A stretch of 64,000 nt of DNA from an uncultured Candidatus Saccharibacteria bacterium (GCA_964434255.1 CAYSUL010000001.1:104856-168855); one strand, 5' to 3'. Shown: positions 1 to 9,911, counted from the first letter of the stretch. Notes: a model not told the origin generated them from the letters alone. Made by a program: numbers and translations.

Positions 1-123
1 TTCCAAGTGCTTATCCTCCTTGGTGAACGCAGGGAACGAGAAGCCGAGAAGCGAATAGAAGTTCACTGTGCTCCCGAAGTCCGAACTCGTTACCCCAATG
101 GCGTCCAGTCGCATAGGCGAGGA

Positions 124-1338
124 TTAAAGCTCGTCAACCGCGTCGTCGGCGAGATTGCGCGCATCCTTCGCGAGGTCCATGGCTTCGTCATAGTCCTCGT
201 CATCGTATGCTTCTTCCGCTTGCTCGAAGGTATCCTCCGCTTCCTCGAGGAGCTCCTGAGCATCGTCGACATCATCGCCGTCGTCCTCCGCTTCCTCTAT
301 CGCCTCCTGTGCGTCATTGATAGCGTTCTCCGCCTTGTCGAGCTCCTTCTTCGCGGACTGCTTCTCGCTTGAGCCTATAGCGTCTATGGCATCATCGACC
401 AAGTCGTCCGCTTCCTCCGCGAGATCCTTCGCATCGTCGAATTCTTCATCGTCGAATGCAGTTTGCGCTTGTTCGAGCATGTCCTCCGCTTCCTTGAGCG
501 TATCTTCCGCCTCATCCGTCTCCTTGTCGTCATCCTTCGCGTCGTCCAGGGTTTCCCATGCCTGCTCTATGCGCTCTTCCAGATCGTCGAGGAAGTCCTC
601 GGCTTCGTCCTCCGACGAGACACCGCCCGCTTCCTCGAAGGCATCTTCGGCGTTGTCCTTCGCGTCATCGGCGTGCTCAAGCGCCTTTGCGTAGTCTTTC
701 CTGAAATACGCGACGACTGCCTCGAACAGGTCATCCTTCGCGTCCTCAACTTCCGCTTCTGCGGTTCCGATAGCTCTGCCCTCATCGGCTGCATCCTCTA
801 TCTCCTCCTCGGCTTCCTCGATAGCTTCGAGTGCCTGTTCTATCAGTGCACGTGCATCCTTATCGGACGCTGAAGCCGGCGCCGTGGTCTGGCTTCCTTT
901 GAGCGACTCCACCTGCGCAAGCAGCTGCGCGAGCTGGGCCTTGAGGGCCGCTTCGCTATCGGTCGCGGGCGTGGTCGGTGCAGGTGTCGTCGTCACTCCG
1001 CTCATGAGCGCTCCATACTTCTGGCGCGAGAGCGGCCCGAAGTATCCCGTTGCAGGCGAGAGACCGCTCGCGGTCTGCCACTTGATGAGGGCGAGCTTCG
1101 TCTTATCGCGGAACTGGGTGGTCTCCTTGCCGGGAGAGCCAACACCCTCGGTGCTTATGACGAAGCCTGCACCGTTCAGGTACTTCTGGAGGCAGCGTAT
1201 GTCCTCACCGTCCTGGCCTAGCTCGAGATCGCGCTTGAAATCACACGTGGGCACAGCCGCAGAAACGGGCATCGAGAGGACGAACGAGAGGGCTATGGCG
1301 AATAGAGTGGCGAGAGGAAGGACTCTTGAGACGGTCAT
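124..1338 (-). CDS. Secreted peptidoglycan-binding (PG_binding_1-like) protein with long acidic D/E/A-rich repeat tail
   Basis: N-terminal signal/TM segment (LPLATLFAIALSFVLSMPVSA). PG-binding-like region with conserved W/G pattern (LQKYLNGAGF...LIKWQTASGL...GYFGP). About 270 aa of low-complexity EEAEEEIEDAADE-type repeats follow. Confidence 0.6.
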   Translation of the reverse strand: MTVSRVLPLATLFAIALSFVLSMPVSAAVPTCDFKRDLELGQDGEDIRCLQKYLNGAGFVISTEGVGSPGKETTQFRDKTKLALIKWQTASGLSPATGYFGPLSRQKYGALMSGVTTTPAPTTPATDSEAALKAQLAQLLAQVESLKGSQTTAPASASDKDARALIEQALEAIEEAEEEIEDAADEGRAIGTAEAEVEDAKDDLFEAVVAYFRKDYAKALEHADDAKDNAEDAFEEAGGVSSEDEAEDFLDDLEERIEQAWETLDDAKDDDKETDEAEDTLKEAEDMLEQAQTAFDDEEFDDAKDLAEEADDLVDDAIDAIGSSEKQSAKKELDKAENAINDAQEAIEEAEDDGDDVDDAQELLEEAEDTFEQAEEAYDDEDYDEAMDLAKDARNLADDAVDEL

Positions 1339-1443
1339 AGGGAGGGACGGATTAGTAAGACGAACGTTGTATGCCGTCTATGATAGAACGCGGCCGCGCT
1401 CTTAACAACACGGTCGCGCTTCATTAAGCGTGGCTATCGGCTG

Positions 1444-2355
1444 CTAGGGAGCGGTTCCTTCGTACGCAGCCTCGAGCGCGGCGAGATCAAACTTCTTCAT
1501 CGCAAGGAAGGCTTTCGTGACGCGCTCTATCTGCTCGGGGGTTCCTGCCCGCATCATCTCATTCATCCTGGTCGGGACTATCTGCCATGCGACACCGTGA
1601 ACGTCCTTGAGCCATCCGCACTGCTCCGCTTCTGGCACAAAAGAAAGCCGTTCCCAGTAATAATCGATCTCTTCTTGGGAGTCACACTCGACCATGAGCG
1701 AGACGGCCTCGTTGAAGGCGAAGTCGTGCTGGTGGGCGCTCTCCATCGCCGCGAACCATTGCCCCTCAAGCTGGAAATCCGTGAACATGACCGCCCCCTC
1801 CTTATCCGGCTCCATGCCTGCGGGGTACCGCGCGAGCGTGCCGCGTTTCGAATCCTTGAAGATAGAGAGATAGAAATCAGTCGCCTCCTCGGCCTTGCCG
1901 TATGCGTCCTTAACGAACATGAAGAAAGGAATGATGAACGGGCGCTCCTCCCCTTCAGGGTTCGTGAGCATGAGCTGCCAGGACACCCCATACTTATCCT
2001 GTATCCATCCGTACCGCTTGCTGAACGGATACTCGTCGAGCGGCATGAGCGCTTTCCCGCCGCTCGAGAGCTTCTCCCAGAGCTCGTCGAGATGCTCGAG
2101 CGCCTCTGCGTCCCTCGAAGGATCGAAATTCAACAGGAAGGATATCGAGGGATTGAGCTTGAAATAGGGCCCGGCGCTGATGGCCATGAACGAATAGCCG
2201 GACAGGTCGAACGAGACGGTATCGGCATCGCCGGACGGCGTGTCGTGAAGCGTCGTTACATTCGTGATCTTGGAGTCCTTGAAGGCCGAGACGTAGAATT
2301 CTGCAGCCTCCTTCGCTTCCGTATCGAACCAGAGGTGCGGGATTATCTTTTGCAT
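1444..2355 (-). CDS. VOC/PhnB-like (3-demethylubiquinone-9 3-methyltransferase domain) family protein, tandem domains
   Basis: Two repeated glyoxalase/PhnB-like halves (IIPHLWFD...YGVSWQL and IIPFFMF...HGVAWQI). The ORF extends to 2493, but the start was chosen at MQKIIPHLWF (2355). Confidence 0.55.
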   Translation of the reverse strand: MQKIIPHLWFDTEAKEAAEFYVSAFKDSKITNVTTLHDTPSGDADTVSFDLSGYSFMAISAGPYFKLNPSISFLLNFDPSRDAEALEHLDELWEKLSSGGKALMPLDEYPFSKRYGWIQDKYGVSWQLMLTNPEGEERPFIIPFFMFVKDAYGKAEEATDFYLSIFKDSKRGTLARYPAGMEPDKEGAVMFTDFQLEGQWFAAMESAHQHDFAFNEAVSLMVECDSQEEIDYYWERLSFVPEAEQCGWLKDVHGVAWQIVPTRMNEMMRAGTPEQIERVTKAFLAMKKFDLAALEAAYEGTAP

Positions 2356-2556
2356 ATGCTCGAATCGTATCACGCAGCGCTGTACGAATCGTGAAGCCGC
2401 AGCGATACTAGACGATTCCATGAGCCCTGCTGCTACCGCCTGCGCGCCGTCCGGAGCTCGAATACCTGGTTCCTGACGTGCTCTTTCATGCACATGAACG
2501 GTACCGATAAGGAGCGGGGGCGTTAACTAGTACTGCGAGCGCTTCGCGTGCCGTAT

Positions 2557-2946
2557 CTATGCTTCGAACGTGACCTGGAAGCTGTACATCCCCATGGCGC
2601 AGACCCCTTGCAGCGTGCTGCCTATCTTCTGCGGAGGCACCGTGACTTCGGTAACGCCGCTCGGCTCCATGGTCGTGCTATAGCCGAGACTCGGGATGCG
2701 GATGGCGGCCGAACAATCGTAGGTGCCGCTCGTCTTCACCCGAAGCACGGTGGGAACATCCGCTCGGGCGGTGCTCAGCTTGGGCGCATAGCCCCCCTTC
2801 GCATCGATCTCGATGACCTGCGTCTCCCCTTCCATGCGGACGTTAGCTGCTTGAGCTACGGGCTCGCCTTTGCTGGCGAACATCACGGCCCCACCGATAA
2901 CGAAGGCTGCGATGAGTATGGACGCCATAAGCGGAAGCTGCTTCAT
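2557..2946 (-). CDS. Membrane-anchored cupredoxin-like domain protein
   Basis: N-terminal TM helix followed by a beta-rich 100-aa domain typical of cupredoxin-like proteins encoded next to Cu-ATPases. It is the last gene of the csoR-copA operon. Confidence 0.5.
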   Translation of the reverse strand: MKQLPLMASILIAAFVIGGAVMFASKGEPVAQAANVRMEGETQVIEIDAKGGYAPKLSTARADVPTVLRVKTSGTYDCSAAIRIPSLGYSTTMEPSGVTEVTVPPQKIGSTLQGVCAMGMYSFQVTFEA

Positions 2947-2958
2947 ATGCCGATTGTA

Positions 2959-3975
2959 CTAGAAACTGATAAGCGGTGGAATGAGCCCTGCAGCCACCAG
3001 GCTATTCATGAGATTGAAGAGCCCGAAGAATATCACCACGAGCCCCGCCGTCTTATAGAACACGCCGGTCTGCATCTTCTTGAGGCTAAGCGCGCCGAAC
3101 GAGAGGAACGCGAGCACCGGAAGCGTGCCGAGCGCGAAGATGGTCATGGTGAGCGCTCCGGTAAGGAAGCTTCCCGTGGTGAGCGTATAGAGCTGCATCG
3201 ACTGCGTGAACCCGCAGGGCAGGAAGAAGGTCGCTGCACCGATGAGGAACGGCATGAAGGCATTGTTCACGCTCTTCAGGGCTCCTATCCGCTTGGCGAA
3301 CGCGCTCGGGAGCGCAAGCTGGAACTTCTTGGTGGCCGGCAGCACATCGAGCAGGTTGATGCCGAGGATGAGAAGGACGACCGCAACGATGAGGCCGAGC
3401 ACGAATGTGCCCGTCCCGCCGAGCACGAAGAACGAGCCGAGCGCTCCGATGGCCCCGCCGAGCACGAAGAACGAGACGAGGCGGCCGATATGGAATAGCA
3501 CCTGCGGCCCTGTGCCCTTCCCCTCCTTGGCATACGTCGCTGACATCGAGAGCACGAGGCCGCCCACGACCGCCATGCAGGTGGAGACCGAGGCGATGAG
3601 GCCGATCACGAACGCGGTCGTATACGTCATGTCTCCCGTCCCGGCGAGGTTCACGATGCCGAGCTTCTGCAGCACGATGAACAGGGCGATGAAGACGGCC
3701 GCAGCAGGAACGGCATAGGTGAAGTCCGCCCAGCGCACCTGATGCTTCTTCCGTTCCAGACTCACCGTGTATCCGTGCCTTGCGAGCGGTTCGGTCAGGT
3801 ATGCCGCAATCTCTAGAGGCGTGCGGTCGCCGAACTCCCCAGCGACGTCGACCGTATGGGTAGCGAGCGACGACTCCGCATGCGTGACCTCCGGCAGGTC
3901 CATGAGCTCTCCCTCGGTGAGGGCGATGCATGCCTTGCAGTGCATGCCGTGGACGTGAAAGGTATAGGTTTCCAT
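2959..3975 (-). CDS. HMA (heavy-metal-associated) domain fused to DsbD_2/CcdA-like polytopic membrane domain
   Basis: N-terminal GMHCKAC metal-binding motif. The C-terminal part has 6-8 TM helices with conserved membrane cysteines (STCMAVVGG and FFLPCGF). Its start is 3 nt from the copA stop. Confidence 0.6.
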   Translation of the reverse strand: METYTFHVHGMHCKACIALTEGELMDLPEVTHAESSLATHTVDVAGEFGDRTPLEIAAYLTEPLARHGYTVSLERKKHQVRWADFTYAVPAAAVFIALFIVLQKLGIVNLAGTGDMTYTTAFVIGLIASVSTCMAVVGGLVLSMSATYAKEGKGTGPQVLFHIGRLVSFFVLGGAIGALGSFFVLGGTGTFVLGLIVAVVLLILGINLLDVLPATKKFQLALPSAFAKRIGALKSVNNAFMPFLIGAATFFLPCGFTQSMQLYTLTTGSFLTGALTMTIFALGTLPVLAFLSFGALSLKKMQTGVFYKTAGLVVIFFGLFNLMNSLVAAGLIPPLISF

Positions 3976-3977
3976 AG

Positions 3978-6272
3978 CTAGAGCGTAACGGCCTTTAATC
4001 GAAGCGAATTGAGCACCACCGACACGCTCGAGAGCGCCATCGCGAGCCCCGCGATGACCGGGGACAAGAGTATCCCGAAGAACGGAAACAGGATGCCGGC
4101 AGCGATAGGAATACCGACGAGGTTGTAGAAGAATGCCCAGAACAGGTTCTGCTTGATGCCGCGCATCGTGAGGCGCGAGAGCTTTATGGCCTTCACAAGC
4201 TTCCCGATATCGCCTCCAAGGAGCGTGATCCCGGCCGTTTCTATCGCAACGTCCGTGCCCGTGCCCCTGGCCCTGCCTACAGCCGCTTGCGCGAGCGCCG
4301 GGGCATCGTTGCCGCCATCGCCCGCCATGGCCACGACATCCCCCTTCGCCTGGGTCCCCCGTAACGCTTCGAGCTTCACGTCGGTCCGGACTTCGGCCCC
4401 CGCCCCCTCCAGTCCCAACTCTCGGGCGAAAGCCGCTGCCGTTTGTTTATTATCGCCGGTAAGCATGACTATCGTGATGCCCATATGGTGCAGCGCCGCC
4501 ACTGCCGCTACGGACTCGGGCTTTATCGCGTCTGCGACGAGCACCAGAGCGATTATCTCTTTTTTGGTCGCGAGAACGATCGGCGTCCGTCCTTTAGCCG
4601 TATGCATCGCGAGCGAGTCCGTATCGAGCGGAAGCTTGAGATCACCGATGAGCTTCGTATTGCCCGCGAAGTATTCCGTTCCCTCCACGAGAGCTCGGAC
4701 CCCCTTCCCTTGGATGACTTCGAACCGCTCCGTCCGCACGGGCTCGACCGAGCGCTCGTGCGCATACGCGAGGACAGCCGTTGCGACCGGGTGCTCGGAC
4801 TTCTGCTCAAGCGAGGCGAGTATCCGTAGCACGTCCGTCTCGGTATGGTTCCCGTACGCCTCCACCACGACCACTTCGGGCTTTCCCTTCGTGATCGTGC
4901 CGGTCTTATCGACAACGATAGTATCCACCTCCTGGAGCTTCTGGAGCGTCGCGGCGTCCTTGATGAGGATGCCCTCCTGCGCTCCCTTGCCCACGCCCAC
5001 GATAACGGCGATAGGCGTCGCGAGCCCGAGCGCGCACGGGCACGCAATGACGAGGATGCCGACGAAGGACGTAAGGCCGAGCGAGAGCGCTGCAGCGAAC
5101 CCGAGCGCGGGTATGCCAAGGACAAGCCATGCCGCAAGTACGAGCACCGCGAATACGAGCACGATCGGGACGAAGACGCTCGAGAGCTTGTCGGCGAGCC
5201 CCTGTATAGGCGCCTTGCTGCCCTGCGCTTCGCCTACCATCCGTATGATGCTTGCAAGCAGGGTTTCAGAACCGACCTTCGTCGCCTTGAATATGAAATG
5301 GCCGTTCGTGTTTAGCGTGCCTGCCACGACGGTATCTCCCGGGTTTTTCTCCGCCGGCATCGGCTCGCCCGTGACCATGGACTCGTCTACGTACGAACTT
5401 CCTTCGGTGAGCACGCCGTCGACCGGAATCTTCCCGCCGGGCCGCACGACGACGAGGTCGCCATGCGTCACCTGGTCTACTGGAACGGACACCTCCTTCC
5501 CGTCCCGCATCAGGAATGCGGTCTTCGCCTGGAGGTTGAGCAGTTTCTCGATGGCGTCGCCGGTCTTGAGCTTCGAACGGGCTTCGAGGTATTTGCCGAG
5601 CGCGATGAATGCGATCACGACGATCGTGACGTCGTAGTAGGTTTGGTCGACGTTCAGCAGGCCTCGGAGCGGCTCCTCGAAGGCTGTAAGGATGAAGCTG
5701 TAGAGGAACGCGACCGAGGTGCCGATGCCGATGAGCGTATCCATGTTCGCCTTGCCGTAGCGGACGAAGCGGTAGAAGCCGAGCAGATAGGGCTTCCCTA
5801 CCACCACCATGGTGTAGGTCGCGAAGATAGGCAGGAGATGGTGGAAGAACTCGTACCAGATCAGAGGCATGGCAGCGAGCACACCGAACTCTCCCAGCAT
5901 CTCCCAACCCATGACGAAGACGCTGAACGCAGCGAGCGGCAGCACCGAGAGCACCTTCCATTGCATATCCTTAATCTCTTCGAGCTTCTCCGCCTTCGAT
6001 TGAGTGATGCCGGTGTGCGCGGCATGCTCGTCAGGGGACATATTCATGCTTTCGGCGGTAGGCACGACGAGCGAGTAGCCGAGGGGTTGTATCTGTTTGG
6101 AAAGCTCGTGGGGGTCCGTCTTCGACTCGTCGAACGCAATCTTCGCCGTTTCGGTGCCGTAACTGACTTCGACGTGCTCCACGCCCGCCACCTTCTTGAC
6201 CGCTCGCTCGATGATGCTCGCGCAGGAGGCGCAGTGCATTCCCTTGATCCGGTAGGTCTTATGGTCGCTCAT
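3978..6272 (-). CDS. copA: Copper-translocating P1B-type ATPase
   Basis: N-terminal HMA (GMHCASCA), the membrane CPC motif ([12 protein letters not shown]), DKTGTIT phosphorylation site and the [10 protein letters not shown] hinge. Total length 764 aa. Confidence 0.92.
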   Translation of the reverse strand: MSDHKTYRIKGMHCASCASIIERAVKKVAGVEHVEVSYGTETAKIAFDESKTDPHELSKQIQPLGYSLVVPTAESMNMSPDEHAAHTGITQSKAEKLEEIKDMQWKVLSVLPLAAFSVFVMGWEMLGEFGVLAAMPLIWYEFFHHLLPIFATYTMVVVGKPYLLGFYRFVRYGKANMDTLIGIGTSVAFLYSFILTAFEEPLRGLLNVDQTYYDVTIVVIAFIALGKYLEARSKLKTGDAIEKLLNLQAKTAFLMRDGKEVSVPVDQVTHGDLVVVRPGGKIPVDGVLTEGSSYVDESMVTGEPMPAEKNPGDTVVAGTLNTNGHFIFKATKVGSETLLASIIRMVGEAQGSKAPIQGLADKLSSVFVPIVLVFAVLVLAAWLVLGIPALGFAAALSLGLTSFVGILVIACPCALGLATPIAVIVGVGKGAQEGILIKDAATLQKLQEVDTIVVDKTGTITKGKPEVVVVEAYGNHTETDVLRILASLEQKSEHPVATAVLAYAHERSVEPVRTERFEVIQGKGVRALVEGTEYFAGNTKLIGDLKLPLDTDSLAMHTAKGRTPIVLATKKEIIALVLVADAIKPESVAAVAALHHMGITIVMLTGDNKQTAAAFARELGLEGAGAEVRTDVKLEALRGTQAKGDVVAMAGDGGNDAPALAQAAVGRARGTGTDVAIETAGITLLGGDIGKLVKAIKLSRLTMRGIKQNLFWAFFYNLVGIPIAAGILFPFFGILLSPVIAGLAMALSSVSVVLNSLRLKAVTL

Positions 6273-6278
6273 AGTATT

Positions 6279-6545
6279 TTATTTACGCTTCAGGCGATAC
6301 ACGGCAAGAATCTCCTTCTTCGCCTTCGCGATATTCCCAGCCTTGATCTGCTTCGACGCGCAGGTGTCGAGATGGTTCTCGAGGAGCAGGTCCTCGACGC
6401 CGGACAGCGCGCTCTTTATCGCGGAGGTCTGGGTAATGACATCGATGCAGTAGGTTTCCTTCTCTACGAGCTCCTGCAGGCCCCGCACCTGGCCCTCGAT
6501 ACGACGCAGGCGATTCTGCAAAAGCTTTTTTGTTTCCGTCTTCAT
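6279..6545 (-). CDS. csoR: CsoR-family copper-sensing transcriptional repressor
   Basis: An 88-aa protein with the Cys-His-Cys signature (YCIDV ... ENHLDTC) of Cu(I)-sensing CsoR/RcnR. It lies immediately upstream of copA. Confidence 0.8.
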   Translation of the reverse strand: MKTETKKLLQNRLRRIEGQVRGLQELVEKETYCIDVITQTSAIKSALSGVEDLLLENHLDTCASKQIKAGNIAKAKKEILAVYRLKRK

Positions 6546-6553
6546 ATGCCCAA

Positions 6554-6574
6554 TATACCCCCAGGGGGTATATT
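6554..6574. promoter_or_regulatory. Putative CsoR operator: 21-bp palindrome ATATACCCCCAGGGGGTATAT in the csoR / DUF305 divergent promoter region
   Basis: A perfect 10-1-10 inverted repeat. Its GC-core/AT-flank architecture resembles known CsoR operators (TACCC..GGGTA). It lies between the csoR start (6545) and the DUF305 start (6609). Confidence 0.5.
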
Positions 6575-6608
6575 GTCAACGGACAAGGATGCGCTACGCT
6601 ACGAGCAT

Positions 6609-7058
6609 ATGAACCACAGCAAGAACTACCACCGACTCGCACTCATGTTCGGACTCCACCTCATCGCGATGTACATCCTCATGTACGCGATGGTGAATAC
6701 CTTCGCAAACGCGGTCCCGAACCATAATCAGCTCTATATGGCCGTGCTCATGGCCTCCCCGATGCTCGTGCTCGAGCTCTGGCTCATGGGTTCTATGTAT
6801 CAGAATAAGAAGCTGAACGGCGGGATCATCATTGCAGGGCTTCTCTTGCTTGTTGGCTCGTTCTTTTTCATCCGGCAGCAGACCGCCATTGCCGACGAGC
6901 AGTTCTTAAAATCGATGATCCCCCACCATGCCGGGGCCATCCTCATGTGCGAAAAGGCCGATCTCACGGATCCTCAAATAAAAGAGCTGTGCGGGAATAT
7001 CGTATCCGGCCAGCAGGCGGAGATAGATTGGATGAGGGCGAAGCTGGAAACGCTATAG
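6609..7058 (+). CDS. DUF305 family protein (copper-resistance associated, ferritin-like)
   Basis: Contains the HHxxAI motif (IPHHAGAILMC) with N-terminal TM helices. ATG at 6609-6611. Only the C-terminal 149 aa of the long 5463..7058 ORF is credible; the rest is antisense to copA. Confidence 0.65.
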   Translation: MNHSKNYHRLALMFGLHLIAMYILMYAMVNTFANAVPNHNQLYMAVLMASPMLVLELWLMGSMYQNKKLNGGIIIAGLLLLVGSFFFIRQQTAIADEQFLKSMIPHHAGAILMCEKADLTDPQIKELCGNIVSGQQAEIDWMRAKLETL

Positions 7059-7460
7059 AGCTAGCTCGTCGGTAGTCCCGCCTTCGTAGTGCTCATCATC
7101 CTTCTCGGCGTCCTTCTTGGTCTTGTGGACTATCGCATCCTCGTGGTGGGGCGGCGCGTAGAGAGTATAGAGCTTGAGGGCATCGCTTGAGGACAGGTTC
7201 TTGATATTGTGGCGCACGCCCGCGGGGATCACCACTGCCGATCCGTCGGTGAGATCGCGCTCGACGCCATCGAGGACGCTCTGCCCTTCCCCTTCCTCGA
7301 TGCGGATGAACTGATCGACGTCATGCACCTCCTCCCCGATGTCTTCGCCCGCTGGGATCGACATAAGGACGAGCTGGCAGTGCTCTGCGGTATACAGCAC
7401 GCGCCTGAAGTCCTCGTTCTCAAGGGTCTCGGCTTCTATATTGGTTACGAATCCTTTCAT
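7053..7460 (-). CDS. Cupin domain protein
   Basis: Two cupin motifs (G(x)5HxH-like: EEVHDVDQF; PAGVRHNIKN). Confidence 0.55.
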   Translation of the reverse strand: MKGFVTNIEAETLENEDFRRVLYTAEHCQLVLMSIPAGEDIGEEVHDVDQFIRIEEGEGQSVLDGVERDLTDGSAVVIPAGVRHNIKNLSSSDALKLYTLYAPPHHEDAIVHKTKKDAEKDDEHYEGGTTDELAL

Positions 7461-7470
7461 ATGTATTTAG

Positions 7471-8139
7471 TTATTGCGCCGTATCCTGCAGGCGCATGCT
7501 GGTAACTATCTGATCGATATGTGTATCGGGTATCTCCGACTTTCCAGACCGGTCATACCACACGACGACGACCGGATAATCCGGGTTCTTCGTTTCGATG
7601 AAGTTGATGAAGAATACCTGGTCGTCGCATACCTCGAACCCATTGCAGGCAGGAGAGTAGCCGACCTTCACGTACTCAAGACCGTGCTCATTCGTCATCT
7701 TCGCGCAGGAAAGCGGGAGCGGGCCACGCGCGCAGAAATCCTCGATGTCCTTCTCGCTGAACGTGTCCTCATAGCGCCGCTCGCGTGGCAGCGGATGGAG
7801 CGAAAATAGGCGGCTCTCCGCCGAAAAGAACCAGCGCGGTTCGTTCGCGCGCGTCGTCCCGAGGTAGCGGTGCTCGCACCCGTCGCTTGCCGTCAGCAAG
7901 GAGTCGTCGCACTCACCAAGCTCCTGCGCTTCTTCCCTGATTTCGCCCAGCTCCGAGGAATACTCGAAGGCGATCCCCATGGCTGGGCTTGCATAGGTCT
8001 CGGTAGTCGGCACTGCGAGCGGGAACGTACCCCCTTCGCGGCGCACGCCAGCATAGAAGCTCATGCCAGCGATGAGGGTAAAGATGACGATGAAGAGCGC
8101 GATTCGTGCAGGGAGCGATTGTTTGATGTACGCGATCAT
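7471..8139 (-). CDS. Hypothetical membrane-anchored cysteine-rich protein
   Basis: N-terminal TM helix followed by an extracytoplasmic domain with about 8 Cys. No family recognised. Confidence 0.4.
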   Translation of the reverse strand: MIAYIKQSLPARIALFIVIFTLIAGMSFYAGVRREGGTFPLAVPTTETYASPAMGIAFEYSSELGEIREEAQELGECDDSLLTASDGCEHRYLGTTRANEPRWFFSAESRLFSLHPLPRERRYEDTFSEKDIEDFCARGPLPLSCAKMTNEHGLEYVKVGYSPACNGFEVCDDQVFFINFIETKNPDYPVVVVWYDRSGKSEIPDTHIDQIVTSMRLQDTAQ

Positions 8140-8150
8140 AGGCCAAGTGA

Positions 8151-8915
8151 TTATGCGGCAAGCCAGCCGCCGTCCACATAGAATGTCGCGCCGGTCACGT
8201 AGCTCGCTTCATCCGAAGCGAGGAACACTACCATCGGGGCGACCTCGTCGGACGTACCGATCCGGCGCAGCGGCACATGCTGGGCAAGGAACGCATCCAT
8301 GTCTTCCTTGGAGAGACGACGGGCCCGGCTCATGTCCGTATCGATAGCTCCTGGTGCGACTGCATTAACGTTGATACCGAGCGGTGCCCACTCGGCTGCG
8401 AGGCTTTCGGTCATTGCGATGATGCCGCCCTTGGTCGCGGCGTAGTGCGCGCCGCCCACGAGCCCGACGCCCACCTGCCCGGATGCGACGGAGGCGATAT
8501 TGATGATCCTTCCTGACCCCTGCTTCGCCATTTCCTTCGCCGCACGTTGGGCGCACAGGAACTCGCCCCTGAGATTAACGCGCATGGTTTGCTCCCATTC
8601 CTCTTCCGTTATATCGAGTGCGGGCGTGGGGCGATATACACCTGCGTTATTCACGAGAATATCGAGCTTTCCCCAGGTTTCGACGGTCTTCGTGATGACT
8701 TCGTCGATCTGAGCCTTGTTAGCCACATCCATCGCAAAGCACAGCGCTTCTCCGCCTGCCGCAGTTATCTCGCCCGCGACCAGCGCGCAGCCATCGACTC
8801 CTACGTCGGTGACCACCACCCTGGCCCCCTGAGAAGCGAGCGCGAGCGCATGGGCACGCCCCATGCCTCGCTGAGCGCCCGTTACGAGTGCGACCTTACC
8901 GGTGAGATCAAACAT
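8151..8915 (-). CDS. SDR family oxidoreductase (FabG-like 3-oxoacyl-ACP reductase fold)
   Basis: TGAQRGMGRA Rossmann motif, NNAG and the S...YxxxK catalytic triad (YAATKGG). Start chosen at MFDLTGK. Confidence 0.8.
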   Translation of the reverse strand: MFDLTGKVALVTGAQRGMGRAHALALASQGARVVVTDVGVDGCALVAGEITAAGGEALCFAMDVANKAQIDEVITKTVETWGKLDILVNNAGVYRPTPALDITEEEWEQTMRVNLRGEFLCAQRAAKEMAKQGSGRIINIASVASGQVGVGLVGGAHYAATKGGIIAMTESLAAEWAPLGINVNAVAPGAIDTDMSRARRLSKEDMDAFLAQHVPLRRIGTSDEVAPMVVFLASDEASYVTGATFYVDGGWLAA

Positions 8916-8994
8916 ATGTAGAGTGTAGCACCGCCTCCTATGGACCAATACGGGATATGGCTCGAAAGGGCCGCGGCCCGGGTAGTGTAGACTC

Positions 8995-9459
8995 TTGTAT
9001 ATGACCCAGGATCAAACAGGACGCGCCCGTTCGTTCCTATTGAAGAATACGACCGGGGTGCTCGCCACCGCCACACAAGGAGGAGGTGTGCGTGCTCGCA
9101 CCGTTCACTACGCCGCCAACGATGCCTTCGAGCTCTATTTCCTTACGCTCGCCGGTACGCGCAAGGTCGAGGATATCGCTGCGAATCCCCGGGCGGCCTT
9201 CGTGGTCTCGGATCCACAGGCTCCGTGGACGCTTCAGATTGAAGGCACCCTATCCGAGCAGCCTGACACGACCATTATCGACCCCATGGTCCAGAAGCTC
9301 ATGGACACCCTTATGGAGAAGGGCGACGCCTTTGCCCCGCTCACGCATCTTGATCCGAATAAGATCCTCTTCTACAAACTCACTCCTACCTGGATACGCC
9401 TCGGTGAGTTCGCTAGGGGCGAAGGTACGAAAGAGGTATTCTCGATGATCACTCCGTAG
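8995..9459 (+). CDS. Pyridoxamine 5'-phosphate oxidase-like (general stress protein 26 type) FMN-binding protein
   Basis: PNPOx split-barrel pattern (GVLATA...RTVHYA...LYFLT). Confidence 0.55.
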   Translation: MYMTQDQTGRARSFLLKNTTGVLATATQGGGVRARTVHYAANDAFELYFLTLAGTRKVEDIAANPRAAFVVSDPQAPWTLQIEGTLSEQPDTTIIDPMVQKLMDTLMEKGDAFAPLTHLDPNKILFYKLTPTWIRLGEFARGEGTKEVFSMITP

Positions 9460-9901
9460 GCGTCTTCTCGAACTCCCAAGGGCGCTCCTCCTCCCCTACC
9501 TTATGGAGGAACATGGACCGTGCGGTCTTCACGGCGAAATAGAACGCGAGCACGAGGAGCACGACCTCGACCTCGCGTACGAGAAGAAGCTGGAACGAGT
9601 CCCGCGCGTGATAGGTAATTGCCGTTGCCTCGACGAGAAGGGCCCCCACGCCTGCCGCCACTGCGTTGAGCACCATGACGACCTTGCTGTGGGGGTTGGT
9701 GAGGCCGGCTAAGAGCACGAGGATAAGGCCGCCGGCTATCTGAGTGAAAAGGCCGAACGGGAGCAAATCGCCCCATATCGGGAGCGCGACAAACGAGACC
9801 ACGGCGGCAGCAAGGAAGCAGAAGCGGACGTAGTCGCCGTAGTAATGCCGTATGCCGGGTTTTGGTTCGGTCATTTTATAGTCGGAGTAACCATCAGTCA
9901 T
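9449..9901 (-). CDS. Hypothetical integral membrane protein
   Basis: 4 predicted TM helices. No recognisable family. Confidence 0.4.
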   Translation of the reverse strand: MTDGYSDYKMTEPKPGIRHYYGDYVRFCFLAAAVVSFVALPIWGDLLPFGLFTQIAGGLILVLLAGLTNPHSKVVMVLNAVAAGVGALLVEATAITYHARDSFQLLLVREVEVVLLVLAFYFAVKTARSMFLHKVGEEERPWEFEKTPTE

Positions 9902-9911
9902 ACGTAGAATA

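Noticed and set aside
4153-7058. Long + strand ORFs (4153..5637, 5463..7058 N-terminal 380 codons) overlapping copA
   Set aside because: Antisense to a strongly supported P-type ATPase gene in a high-GC genome where stop-free antisense frames are common. Only the final 149 codons (DUF305, 6609..7058) lie outside copA/csoR and have a family signature.
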